The notes beneath the pieces were generated by a model, which was given only the letters and a program-made list of their open reading frames with translations, did not search any database and was not told the origin of the DNA. A program made the translations under genes and the position numbers. Positions 18,218 to 26,812 of a stretch of DNA of 64,000 bases are shown piece by piece (position 1 is the first letter of the stretch; each line of letters begins with the position of its first letter). This stretch comes from an uncultured Planctomycetaceae bacterium (GTDB lineage: Bacteria > Planctomycetota > Planctomycetia > Planctomycetales > Planctomycetaceae): NCBI GenBank assembly GCA_963976765.1, contig CAXBME010000003.1:62001-126000 (forward strand). Reading direction: 5' to 3'.

Positions 18218-19276
18218 ATGAAAACGACCACCATCATCTTCCTGCTTCTCGCATGCTCGAAGTGCGCATTTTCGCAGACCGTACCAACGACACAGCAAAC
18301 GCTCACGAAGCCGCAGATCGTGCAGGAGGCGAAAGGCTACAATTCGTGGCCGATGATTCAGGCCCTCGGAGAAAAGCTGGTGTGCGTCTATAGCCGCGGT
18401 TCAGGACATACGATCGGGGAGGACGACCGCGCGGTTTACGCGCGCACCTCCGTAGACGGAGGGGAAACGTGGACGGCTGAAGCGGTCGTCGCCAACTCGC
18501 CGGGCTACGGCGATGTCGAGGTGGGGAAGGGGCTGGATTCCAACGGGGCGATGCTCCTTTGGGTGCGCCGGGTTGGCAAGGAGTGGCACCACGACCTCTA
18601 TCGTACTACGGATGGTGTCACTTTCACTTTGGTGGCGACGCCGCAGCTTGACGTCCGCCCGATGCAGATCACCGACATCTTTAGCGTGCCAACCATCGGG
18701 CTCATGGCCCTGTGGTTCGCTGGCGACTATGGAGATAAACCGACGAATGCGTGGGGCACGCTGACAAGTAGCGACAACGGCGAAACCTGGAAGCAGACCC
18801 CCATCGAGTCCGGCCTCCCCAAAGCGCAGTGGCCAACTGAGCCCGCCGCGGTTTATCTCGGCGATGGCAGGATTCTCGCGATCGGTCGCACAGAGGTGGC
18901 AAGCACTCAATTCCAGTTGGTCTCATCTGACCACGGCGTGACTTGGAAGCGTGCACCAACCAACATCGGCGATGTCAAGGCCTCCACCCCAAGCCTGATT
19001 TTTGATACCGAAACCGGCCTGCTGAGCAACTACTACTATCATCGCGGGGCCGGCGTGCTGCGTCGTCGCGTCGTCGATCCCGAGCATGTGTTCGACCGCC
19101 CGCGGAATTGGCCGGAGTCCGAGCCGGTCGCTATAGGCAGCAAGGTCACATTCGACGCTGGCAATGCCAACGCCACAGTGATCGGAAACACCCATTACAT
19201 TACCTTCTACTCTGGCAAAGCTCCTGACACAGCTGTTCTCGTCTCCGCGCTCCGGGCACCGCCAGATGGGAATTAA
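18218..19276 (+). CDS. Cassette-encoded secreted sialidase-family (BNR/Asp-box) protein
   Basis: Signal peptide MKTTTIIFLLLACSKCAFS; Asp-boxes SVDGGETW, TTDGVTF, SSDNGETW, SSDHGVTW; ATG 18218. Confidence 0.85.
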   Translation: MKTTTIIFLLLACSKCAFSQTVPTTQQTLTKPQIVQEAKGYNSWPMIQALGEKLVCVYSRGSGHTIGEDDRAVYARTSVDGGETWTAEAVVANSPGYGDVEVGKGLDSNGAMLLWVRRVGKEWHHDLYRTTDGVTFTLVATPQLDVRPMQITDIFSVPTIGLMALWFAGDYGDKPTNAWGTLTSSDNGETWKQTPIESGLPKAQWPTEPAAVYLGDGRILAIGRTEVASTQFQLVSSDHGVTWKRAPTNIGDVKASTPSLIFDTETGLLSNYYYHRGAGVLRRRVVDPEHVFDRPRNWPESEPVAIGSKVTFDAGNANATVIGNTHYITFYSGKAPDTAVLVSALRAPPDGN

Positions 19277-19304
19277 CGGCTCCCAGGAGCAGCGTTCAAC
19301 CGTC

Positions 19305-19395
19305 GCCTAACCATGCGGTGAATCGGAGCCGCCGTTCACGAGAGTTCTGAGGTTAAAGTCTTTTGGCGGCGGCTTGGTTACCGCCAGCGCTATTG
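19305..19395 (+). other. attC site 6 (91 bp; R' core reads GCT instead of GTT)
   Basis: R'' GCCTAAC, L'' GGTGAATC, stem GCCGCC/GGCGGC, L' GGTTACC, R' position GCTATTG. Confidence 0.8.
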
Positions 19396-19781
19396 GGCAC
19401 AGGGGCATTCGGTCGAAATGTCAGGCTGGCAGGTGCCCGGTCCTCCGGTCTTTGTTCGGTCAAAGAATTGGGCTGTCCAGCTATCAGTTGGTGTTTTCGG
19501 TTGAGTGCCCAACGCTGGGCAACGCTCAGAGGGAATAGTGGTGTCTGGTTTTCCTTTGCGTCTTTAGCATCCGGGTAAGCTCAGCGGATGGTGCTTTTGC
19601 TTTGCCACTGCGTGGTAAGTGTTTCGGCAGGGCGCGTCGGAAGTTAAAGAGGCAGCCGCCAGGGGGCCTTCGAGAAGTTGTCCGGCCTTGGAAAAGCGTT
19701 GGGCGCGTTGGAGCCAACGCTGATTTCAAAACTCGGCAACGCTGTCAGAAAGTGCTCATGGCTGGTCCTCGGCCACACTCC

Positions 19782-19800
19782 AAATAACAAAGCGTTCGTC
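19782..19800 (+). other. attC site 7 remnant (R'' + spacer fused to next core site)
   Basis: AAATAAC-AAAGC-GTTCGTC; the AAC-AAAGC spacer matches attC2/5/8 and GTTCGTC complements R'' of attC8. Confidence 0.65.
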
Positions 19801-19839
19801 ACCTGACATGCATCAGTTGAGAATTAGGGAATACAAACC

Positions 19840-20304
19840 ATGAGCGAACGAAATCGACGGGATCTATCACTGGACACATTGGATGATGTCGTGGCTGAGA
19901 TCGAACGCCTCGCTGCAGGTGAGGTCAAGACGATGGGAAAGCACAGCTTTCCCCAAATCGTACGTCACCTGGCACTTTCCAACAGCATGATGACCGGGCG
20001 CATCCCAGCTCCACAACCACCGTTGATTATGAAACTGCTGCTCCCGTTCATTCGCTCATCGATTCTGAAGGGGCCCGTCAAACCAGGCGTTAAGCTTCCG
20101 GCAAATGCTGAGGCCGTGTTCTGGTCGGATGAAGAAATTTCCCTCCAGGACGCTATTCAGATGCTGAAGGAGTCGGTTGCGCACTACAAGGAACATGGAC
20201 CATTACCGGTCCATCCAATCTTCGGCAAGGCATCACGCGAGCAATTGGACAGGCTCACATGCAGCCACGCGGCGATGCATTTAAGCTTCGTTCACCCATC
20301 ATAA
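19840..20304 (+). CDS. Cassette-encoded DUF1569 (DinB-like) protein
   Basis: RRDLSLDTLDDVVAEIERL, QIVRHLA, HPIFG, HAAMHLSF His pattern. Confidence 0.85.
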   Translation: MSERNRRDLSLDTLDDVVAEIERLAAGEVKTMGKHSFPQIVRHLALSNSMMTGRIPAPQPPLIMKLLLPFIRSSILKGPVKPGVKLPANAEAVFWSDEEISLQDAIQMLKESVAHYKEHGPLPVHPIFGKASREQLDRLTCSHAAMHLSFVHPS

Positions 20305-20320
20305 CGAAAACCAGACCGCC

Positions 20321-20411
20321 GACGAACAAAGCCGTGAACCGAGGAGGCGAAGTCGGGCGGATTTGAAATGGACAATCTTTCGTCGCCGCCCGGTTACGGC
20401 CATCGTTATGC
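20321..20411 (+). other. attC site 8 (91 bp), last of the array
   Basis: R'' GACGAAC, L'' CGTGAACC / L' GGTTACG, stem GGCGA/TCGCC, R' GTTATGC. Confidence 0.9.
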
Positions 20412-20611
20412 GACGTGGCGACCTGCCTCTGTTTGCACATATTGCCACATCAACATGCAATGTTGCCACTTGCCAGAACCGACAGCAAGAGGACTCTGGT
20501 CCAGAGCGTTCCGCGAATATAGTTATGCAAACAGACACGTCGCAGCATTTTGGGGTGAGACTTGAAGTCTCGACTGCAATGAGGAACAGATCGCCAATCT
20601 CAATTCAAACC

Positions 20612-21841
20612 TTACCTGCCGATGCAGTAGAGGTTTCTGGTGGAGCGGATGAAGAGCTGACCGGCGCTGGGGGTAATGGATGCTCGGAAGATTTCTTCGT
20701 CGTCGGTTTGCAGGTTGCAGCGACTGACAATCTTCAGGGTGTCGGCGGGCTCGACGACAATGGCTTCTCCGCCATCTTCGATGAAGGCGACCAGGCCGTC
20801 ATAGGCGACAGGGCTGGCGGTAACGGTCCCGCCGATGCGTTCGGCCCAGAGTTGTGCGCCGGTGGTCGCGTTGTAACAGGTCAGAATCCCGCCCTGCATG
20901 CTCATAGCGAGGAGGTAGTTACCGACGACGATCGGTGACGGCAAATCTCGACCTTTACGCGGCTGGTTCCAAACGATGTTGCTGGCGGTAACGTCGCCCT
21001 GGCCACCTGGTTTGACCGCAAAGAGTGACGGGCCTCGACCGGGAATCACGTAGACCAGACCGTTGGCTGGTGTGACGGTCGGTGTGCCTCGGCCTTTGGT
21101 TCCGGAGACTCGCCAGAACTCTTCGCCATTGACGGGGTCGTAGGCACGAATTCCGGTATGCCCCTGCACGACCAGTTCTCGGCGACCGGCGGCTTCGATC
21201 AGGATCGGAGTGCTCCAGCCGCGTTGTTGTTCACGCGGCGCCGTCCAGAGTGTGTCCCCGGTCAGTTTGTCGACAGCCAGCAGAAAGCCTTTGTCGTCCG
21301 AGTCGCAGTTCTGAATAAGCATATTGTCGATCAGGATCGGGCTGGCAGCCGTGCCCCACGGTCCGGGAAACTCTCCGAGGTCGCGATTCCAGATCTGCTT
21401 GCCGTCCATCGACAGGCAGAACAACCCACCGCCCTGGCCGAAGAAGCACCAGACTCGTTCGCCGTCGGTCACGCAGGTTGACGATGCCCAGCCATTCATC
21501 GCGTGTGAATCTTCTGGTCTGCCTTTCCACAAGCTTGTCTGCCAGACAACGTCTCCGGTTTTTCGGTCGACGCACATCGCAACCCGTTCGGCACCTCGAT
21601 CGAGAGCAGCCGTGAGAAACAGTTGCTCGCCCCAGATAATGGGCGTCGACTGCCCGGCTCCGGGCAGCGGAGCCTTCCACTTAACGTCCGACGGACTCCA
21701 TTTGCGAGGGAAGCCGGTTTCGCTTGAGTGGCCATCTTGATTGGGGCCACGCCAGCGCGGCCAGTTAGAATCGGCCGAAGCGGTGTCGAAAGAGGACAGT
21801 GCAAAGCAGGTCAGACAGGCCAGGGCGGTGAGTCTCGACAC
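20612..21841 (-). CDS. PQQ-binding-like beta-propeller repeat protein
   Basis: Signal peptide, NWPRWRGP, repeated (A)SP..G..W blades. Start moved to GTG 21841 (RBS GGAG); the ORF-track extension crosses the REP-like repeat. Confidence 0.88.
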   Translation of the reverse strand: MSRLTALACLTCFALSSFDTASADSNWPRWRGPNQDGHSSETGFPRKWSPSDVKWKAPLPGAGQSTPIIWGEQLFLTAALDRGAERVAMCVDRKTGDVVWQTSLWKGRPEDSHAMNGWASSTCVTDGERVWCFFGQGGGLFCLSMDGKQIWNRDLGEFPGPWGTAASPILIDNMLIQNCDSDDKGFLLAVDKLTGDTLWTAPREQQRGWSTPILIEAAGRRELVVQGHTGIRAYDPVNGEEFWRVSGTKGRGTPTVTPANGLVYVIPGRGPSLFAVKPGGQGDVTASNIVWNQPRKGRDLPSPIVVGNYLLAMSMQGGILTCYNATTGAQLWAERIGGTVTASPVAYDGLVAFIEDGGEAIVVEPADTLKIVSRCNLQTDDEEIFRASITPSAGQLFIRSTRNLYCIGR

Positions 21842-21911
21842 AGTAATTCTCCGGAGTGGGGGGATGCGTTCTTTGGAATAATGATCAGGCAGCAGCTGTT
21901 TGTCCGAATTT

Positions 21912-21988
21912 TGTGCCGCTGGCTTTGCCAGTACAGATTTAACTTGAATGTCGAACGTGTTTCCGCACCGGCAGAGCCAGTGGCACAC
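21912..21988. repeat. REP/REPIN-like inverted pair, copy 2
   Basis: TGTGCCGCTGGCTTTGCCAGTAC ... GCACCGGCAGAGCCAGTGGCACAC; first 29 nt match copy 1 at 24 positions. Confidence 0.78.
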
Positions 21989-22072
21989 GCAAGACAGATT
22001 GTACCGCGGGGTCGGCCCAAATGACCGTGTTCTCAAACTGTTGGTCGGTGAGAACCGGCTCCATGAACGGTG

Positions 22073-22297
22073 TCAGTAGCCGGCATCGTCGAACGGTTCG
22101 TCCATTTCGTCTTCGAAGATTTTTTCCGCCAGTTTTTCGGCAGAAATCGGCTCGACAATGGCGTACTTTCCGTCGCTCCAGCGCAGCAGGTCGACCTCGC
22201 GACAACGGGCACTGCAGAAGGGAAAGTCTTTGGATTCGGTGGCGGCGGTTGCTGACAACTCGATCTTGCAGATCGGGCAGGAAGGGAGTCGGACCAC
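22073..22297 (-). CDS. yacG: DNA gyrase inhibitor YacG
   Basis: CPIC...FPFCSARCREVDLLRW..G.Y.I zinc-finger with acidic tail. Confidence 0.92.
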   Translation of the reverse strand: MVRLPSCPICKIELSATAATESKDFPFCSARCREVDLLRWSDGKYAIVEPISAEKLAEKIFEDEMDEPFDDAGY

Positions 22298-22594
22298 GGG
22301 AATTGTCTCCGGGTTGTGGCAAGTTTTCGATCAGAACGTGTATCGATAGGCCATCGTGCTATCAGCGGCAAGTGTTTCGCGCAATAATTGCCGCCTCTGG
22401 TTCAAATGTCGGGAAGCGACTGGCCAATGCTTGCAGACGCTGGCTGAAATCCAGGTCTCGACAGACAAAAGTAAGGGAACGCCGTTAGCCGCCAGTCTTC
22501 GCGAATGAGACGGCGATTTCAAATGGTGAAGTTCAGTAGCTATCACCGTTCCAGGCATGAAGCGTCTTTCGAATTGATACTAAGGAAGGACTCG

Positions 22595-23872
22595 ATGACG
22601 ACAGACACCATATTTCAGATGACCGGCTCGCATGTTCGATTTGGGGTAGGAGCGACTCGTGAAGTCGGCCTGGACTTTGCGGACCTTGGTGCAAAGCGGG
22701 TCATGCTGGTGATTGATCCGGCGGTGCGGGATCTATATCCGGGGCAGACAGCGATCGAGTCTTTGAAGTCGGCGAACGTCGAATTTGAAGTATTCGACAA
22801 GGTCCGTTGTGAACCGACTGACGCTTCGTTTCGCCAGGCGATTGAAGTCGCGCTGAGCGGCAGCTTCGATGCGTTTCTGGCGGTTGGAGGCGGGTCAGCA
22901 ATTGACACCGCAAAAGTAGCCAATCTCTTTGCCAGCTGGCCAGCGGAATTTACCGAGTACGTGAATCCGACGCTTGGCAAAGGGACGACCCCACCTGGAC
23001 CGTTAAAACCACTGATTGCTGTCCCTACGACGGCGGGCACCGGCAGCGAGACCACAGCCGTCGCCGTTTTCGACTTTGAAAAAGAGCGAGTCAAAACTGG
23101 AATCGCCAATCGTTACATGCGGCCGATTCTGGGCGTGCTCGATCCAGAGAACACTCGGACCTGCCCGAAAGAAGTGGCAGCCAGCGCCGGGCTTGATGTT
23201 CTGTCGCACGCTCTGGAGTCGTTCACAGCTTTGCCGTTTCTCTGTCGAGAAAAGCCGGAGCGGCCGTCGATGCGAACGGCGTATCAGGGGGCGAATCCGA
23301 TCAGCGATGTGTGGGCACTGGAAGCGTTGCGGGTCGTGGCTGAATTCCTGCCTCGGGTATTCGCCGATTCGGGCGACGACGAAGCTCGCGGACGCATGCT
23401 GCTCGGGTCGTCCTACGCGGGAACAGGATTCGGCAACGCGGGAGTCCACTTGCCTCACGCGATGGCTTATCCCGTGGCGGGGCAGGTCAAAGATTACCTG
23501 CCGCCTGGCTATAACGCGGACCATGCGATGGTACCTCACGGAACGTCGGTCATTGTTCACACGCCGGCAGTTTGTCGCTTCACGGCACCGTCAGCTCCGG
23601 AACGGCACTTACAGGCAGCTGCCGCACTGGGAGCGGATATTCGCGATGCCTCGCTCGACGATGCTGGAGAGATACTGGCCGAGCGAGTCACTCACTTCAT
23701 GAAGCTGATGGAACAGCCCGGCGGCATCGAAGACTTCGGCTACAGTGAAGCCGACATTCCCAAACTCGTCGACGGCACGCTGGTTCAGGCTCGGCTGCTG
23801 AAACTGTCTCCGCTGAAAACGGGAGCTGCCGAACTGACAGAGCTGTTTCAAAATTCGCTCAGGTTGTATTGA
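22595..23872 (+). CDS. Hydroxyacid-oxoacid transhydrogenase-like iron-containing alcohol dehydrogenase
   Basis: GGGSAIDTAK, PTTAGTGSETT, DVLSHALES, YQGANPISD, GVHLPHAMAYPVAG, VPHG; ATG 22595 after AAGGA. Confidence 0.88.
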   Translation: MTTDTIFQMTGSHVRFGVGATREVGLDFADLGAKRVMLVIDPAVRDLYPGQTAIESLKSANVEFEVFDKVRCEPTDASFRQAIEVALSGSFDAFLAVGGGSAIDTAKVANLFASWPAEFTEYVNPTLGKGTTPPGPLKPLIAVPTTAGTGSETTAVAVFDFEKERVKTGIANRYMRPILGVLDPENTRTCPKEVAASAGLDVLSHALESFTALPFLCREKPERPSMRTAYQGANPISDVWALEALRVVAEFLPRVFADSGDDEARGRMLLGSSYAGTGFGNAGVHLPHAMAYPVAGQVKDYLPPGYNADHAMVPHGTSVIVHTPAVCRFTAPSAPERHLQAAAALGADIRDASLDDAGEILAERVTHFMKLMEQPGGIEDFGYSEADIPKLVDGTLVQARLLKLSPLKTGAAELTELFQNSLRLY

Positions 23873-23987
23873 GATGCCGATGCGTTGCTTCGAAACTGCT
23901 TCTTGAACGTTCAAAAGAGAACCGTCAGCAGGTCTCAGTATCCGAAGGCAGCTTCAAAGATCGTTATTATTTTCAAAGGAATCAGCT

Positions 23988-24794
23988 ATGAGTCGATCGT
24001 TGTCAGCCCTGACACTGCTTGTGGGAAGTCTAATCAGCATGGATGTTCGAGAAGCCGTCGCCGAGCAGGATTTCGGGATTGGAGAGATCCTGTTCACCGG
24101 CGGCAAGTATGAGAAAGAGAAATTTACTTATCTGATTTTGCCGCCGCTCAAAATCGAAGAGGGCAAGCAGTACCCGTTGCTGTTTTTCATGCACGGAGCG
24201 GGCGAGCGAGGGAACGACGTCAAGAAACTGCTGCCTCATCTGCCGAATCAGATGTCTAAAGAGGAATGGCTCGGAAAATATCCCTGCTTCATGGTGATCC
24301 CGCAGTGCCGCAACGGCGAGCAATGGGTTGATCAGGCCTGGAGCCAAAAGCAGTCCGTGCCTATCAAAGACCAGCCGACCGATCAAATGGCAATGGCAAT
24401 GGCCGTGCTGGACCAGTCCCTGAAAACTTTGCCAATCGATAGAAGCCGCGTCTACCTGACGGGGTTGTCAATGGGCGGCTTTGGATCGTGGGATCTGGCG
24501 ATGCGCAAGCCGGAACTGTTCGCGGCAGTGGCTCCCGTCTGCGGAGGCGGGGACGAGACGCAGGCCGCACGTCTTAAAAACATTCCGATCTGGGCGGCTC
24601 ACGGAGACGCCGACACCGTCGTGTGGCCAGTCCGCTCGCGCACGATGGTGGAGGCGATTCAAGCCGTCGGCGGAAACGTGAAGTACACCGAGTACCCCGG
24701 CGTTGGTCACAACTCGTGGACACCGTTTTACTCGAATCCGGACGGCGTGATTGCATGGATGTTTCAGCAGCGAAAGCAATCGGCGAAGGAATAG
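23988..24794 (+). CDS. Secreted alpha/beta-hydrolase (phospholipase/carboxylesterase/peptidase-like)
   Basis: HGAGERG, GLSMGGFG nucleophile elbow, HGDAD, GHNSW. Confidence 0.88.
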   Translation: MSRSLSALTLLVGSLISMDVREAVAEQDFGIGEILFTGGKYEKEKFTYLILPPLKIEEGKQYPLLFFMHGAGERGNDVKKLLPHLPNQMSKEEWLGKYPCFMVIPQCRNGEQWVDQAWSQKQSVPIKDQPTDQMAMAMAVLDQSLKTLPIDRSRVYLTGLSMGGFGSWDLAMRKPELFAAVAPVCGGGDETQAARLKNIPIWAAHGDADTVVWPVRSRTMVEAIQAVGGNVKYTEYPGVGHNSWTPFYSNPDGVIAWMFQQRKQSAKE

Positions 24795-24983
24795 TTCTTC
24801 AGGTTCGCTGAAATCCAAACTGAAATCGATCGTCGCATTCAGACAGGCGAGCGACCGTTTTACAGTCACTTCGGCACTGCCGAGCGCTGGGTGGATGCGT
24901 CGCAAAAAAACGTCACAATGTCTCGCTCGCAGAGAATCGGTGATTGCTTGACACTCTTTCAACTGACCAGATCGGGAAGCGAA

Positions 24984-26609
24984 ATGCCACTTAACATTCA
25001 ACGATTGGCTTTGCAGAAGTGTCTGTGGGCTGTTCTTGTCTGCCTGTTTATTGCTCCGACGGTCGCAGCCGATCGACCGAATATTCTGTTTATCTTTTCG
25101 GACGATCACGCTCCACACGCGATCGGTGCCTACAACGGCTGGCTGAAAGAAGTCGATCCGACTCCGAACATCGACAAACTGGCAGCACAAGGGACGTTGT
25201 TCGAAAACAGCTTCTGTACAAATTCAATCTGTGGCCCGAGTCGCGCGGTGATTCTTTCAGGAAAGCACAGCCACAAGAACGGGTTCATGAACAATGGGAA
25301 CTCGTTCGACTGGAATCAGCAGACCTTTGCAAAAATTCTGCAGAAGTCAGGCTACAACACGGCGATCTACGGGAAGTCTCATCTGAAGGGAGAGCCGCAG
25401 GGCTTCGACGACTGGAAGGTCCTGCCTGGACAGGGACTCTACTACAACCCGGACATGAAAACGCCTAACGGCATGAAGCGAATCGAAGGTCACTGCACGG
25501 ATATCGTGACCGACCTGGCCATTGAATGGCTGAAAGAAGGCCGTGAAGCGGACAAGCCGTTCTGCCTGATGGTTCAGCACAAGGCGCCTCATCGAAACTG
25601 GATGCCAGCCGAACGGCATCTGCACCTGTACGATGACATCGAGATTCCTTACCCGAACACGCTGTTCGACAAGTGGCATGACAACGCGCCGCCAGCCCGA
25701 TTCCAGGAGCTGGAAATCGATCGGCACATGCACCTCAATTTTGACCTGTTCGTCGACCTGACCGCCGACTTTCCAGGGAACGAACTCAAAGGCCGATTCG
25801 ACAAGTCTGCGTGGAACAATCTGAAGCGAATGTCGCCGGAGCAGACGAAAGTCTGGCGAGACGCTTACGGGCCGAAAGACGCCGAATTTCATCGAACGAA
25901 TCCGCAGGCGGACGATCTTGTCCGATGGAAATTCCAACGTTACGCAAAGAACTACCTCCGTTGCGTGAAGGGCGTCGATGAGAGCGTCGGCAAGCTGATG
26001 GCGACGCTGGACGAAATGAATCTCGACGATAACACCGTCGTGATTTATTCATCAGACCAGGGCTTTTACATCGGGGACCACGGCTGGTACGACAAACGCT
26101 GGATGTACGAAGAGTCTTTGAAGATGCCGTTTATCTGCAAATGGCCGGGCGTGACGAAGCCGGGTTCGCGAGTGCAGGAAATGATACAGAATCTGGACTA
26201 CGCCGAAACGTTTCTGGAAATGGCCGGAGCGGAAATTCCGGACGACATGCAGGGTAAGTCGCTGGTTCCACTGTTGAAGGGCGAAAAGCCTGACGACTGG
26301 CGAAAGTCGATCTACTACCACTACTACGAATATCCCAGCGTCCACATGGTCCCTCGGCATTACGGAGTCCGGACCGAGCAGTACAAGCTGATCTACTTCT
26401 ACCAGTTCGACGAGTGGGAATTTTACGATCTGAAAGCCGACCCGGACGAACTTCAGAACGAGTACGAAAACGCTGAGTACGCCGAGCAGATTGCCGTTTG
26501 TAAAAAAGAACTCGCTCGTCTCCGCAAACATTACGACGACGACAGCGACACAGGTGTCATGCCCAAAGAATGGCAGGACAACGTCCGCAATCAGCAGGCG
26601 GCAAAGTAG
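24984..26609 (+). CDS. Formylglycine-dependent sulfatase
   Basis: RPNILFIFSDDH, CGPSRAVILSGKHSH (CxPxR), GKSH, SSDQG, DKRWMYEES. Confidence 0.93.
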   Translation: MPLNIQRLALQKCLWAVLVCLFIAPTVAADRPNILFIFSDDHAPHAIGAYNGWLKEVDPTPNIDKLAAQGTLFENSFCTNSICGPSRAVILSGKHSHKNGFMNNGNSFDWNQQTFAKILQKSGYNTAIYGKSHLKGEPQGFDDWKVLPGQGLYYNPDMKTPNGMKRIEGHCTDIVTDLAIEWLKEGREADKPFCLMVQHKAPHRNWMPAERHLHLYDDIEIPYPNTLFDKWHDNAPPARFQELEIDRHMHLNFDLFVDLTADFPGNELKGRFDKSAWNNLKRMSPEQTKVWRDAYGPKDAEFHRTNPQADDLVRWKFQRYAKNYLRCVKGVDESVGKLMATLDEMNLDDNTVVIYSSDQGFYIGDHGWYDKRWMYEESLKMPFICKWPGVTKPGSRVQEMIQNLDYAETFLEMAGAEIPDDMQGKSLVPLLKGEKPDDWRKSIYYHYYEYPSVHMVPRHYGVRTEQYKLIYFYQFDEWEFYDLKADPDELQNEYENAEYAEQIAVCKKELARLRKHYDDDSDTGVMPKEWQDNVRNQQAAK

Positions 26610-26659
26610 TTAAAAAGCAATTTGCTTGAGGACGCACAGAGCGGCGAATGCTGGAAAGA

Positions 26660-26788
26660 CTGGACAACAAATTTCTCAGTCACATCCGCGAAATCGATGC
26701 CATTGCGCTGGTCGTTCGATGCTTCGAAGCCGTCGACGTAACAAGTTGCCAGGGAATTGACCCGCTTCCGACACCGAGACCATCGAAA
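26660..26788 (+). pseudogene. Decayed duplicate of an internal ychF segment (matches 32108-32240)
   Basis: About 9 mismatches in the first 84 nt, then small deletions; direct orientation relative to ychF. Confidence 0.88.
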
Positions 26789-26812
26789 GGATTTCCTTGT
26801 CGCATGAGCGGT

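Larger units (their letters stand above)
15709..20411 (+). mobile_element. Integron gene-cassette array lacking an integrase (CALIN), 8 attC-like sites
   Basis: Regularly built attC-like palindromes after each short + strand unit; cassette 5' core sites complement their own 3' R'' boxes; no tyrosine recombinase ORF recognised in the window. Confidence 0.88.

Noticed and set aside
17466..18221. 251-aa ORF spanning cassettes
   Set aside because: Overlaps a better ORF, reads through two attC sites and has no recognisable protein features.
16218..20411. CRISPR array interpretation of the recurring ~90-bp elements
   Set aside because: Repeats are long, divergent and separated by 240-1100 nt gene-sized units; no cas genes; the architecture fits attC sites.
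21842..22036. Cys-rich N-terminal extension (CVCHWLCRC) of the PQQ-propeller protein
   Set aside because: It is the translation of the REP-like repeat; a GTG with RBS and signal peptide lies at 21841.
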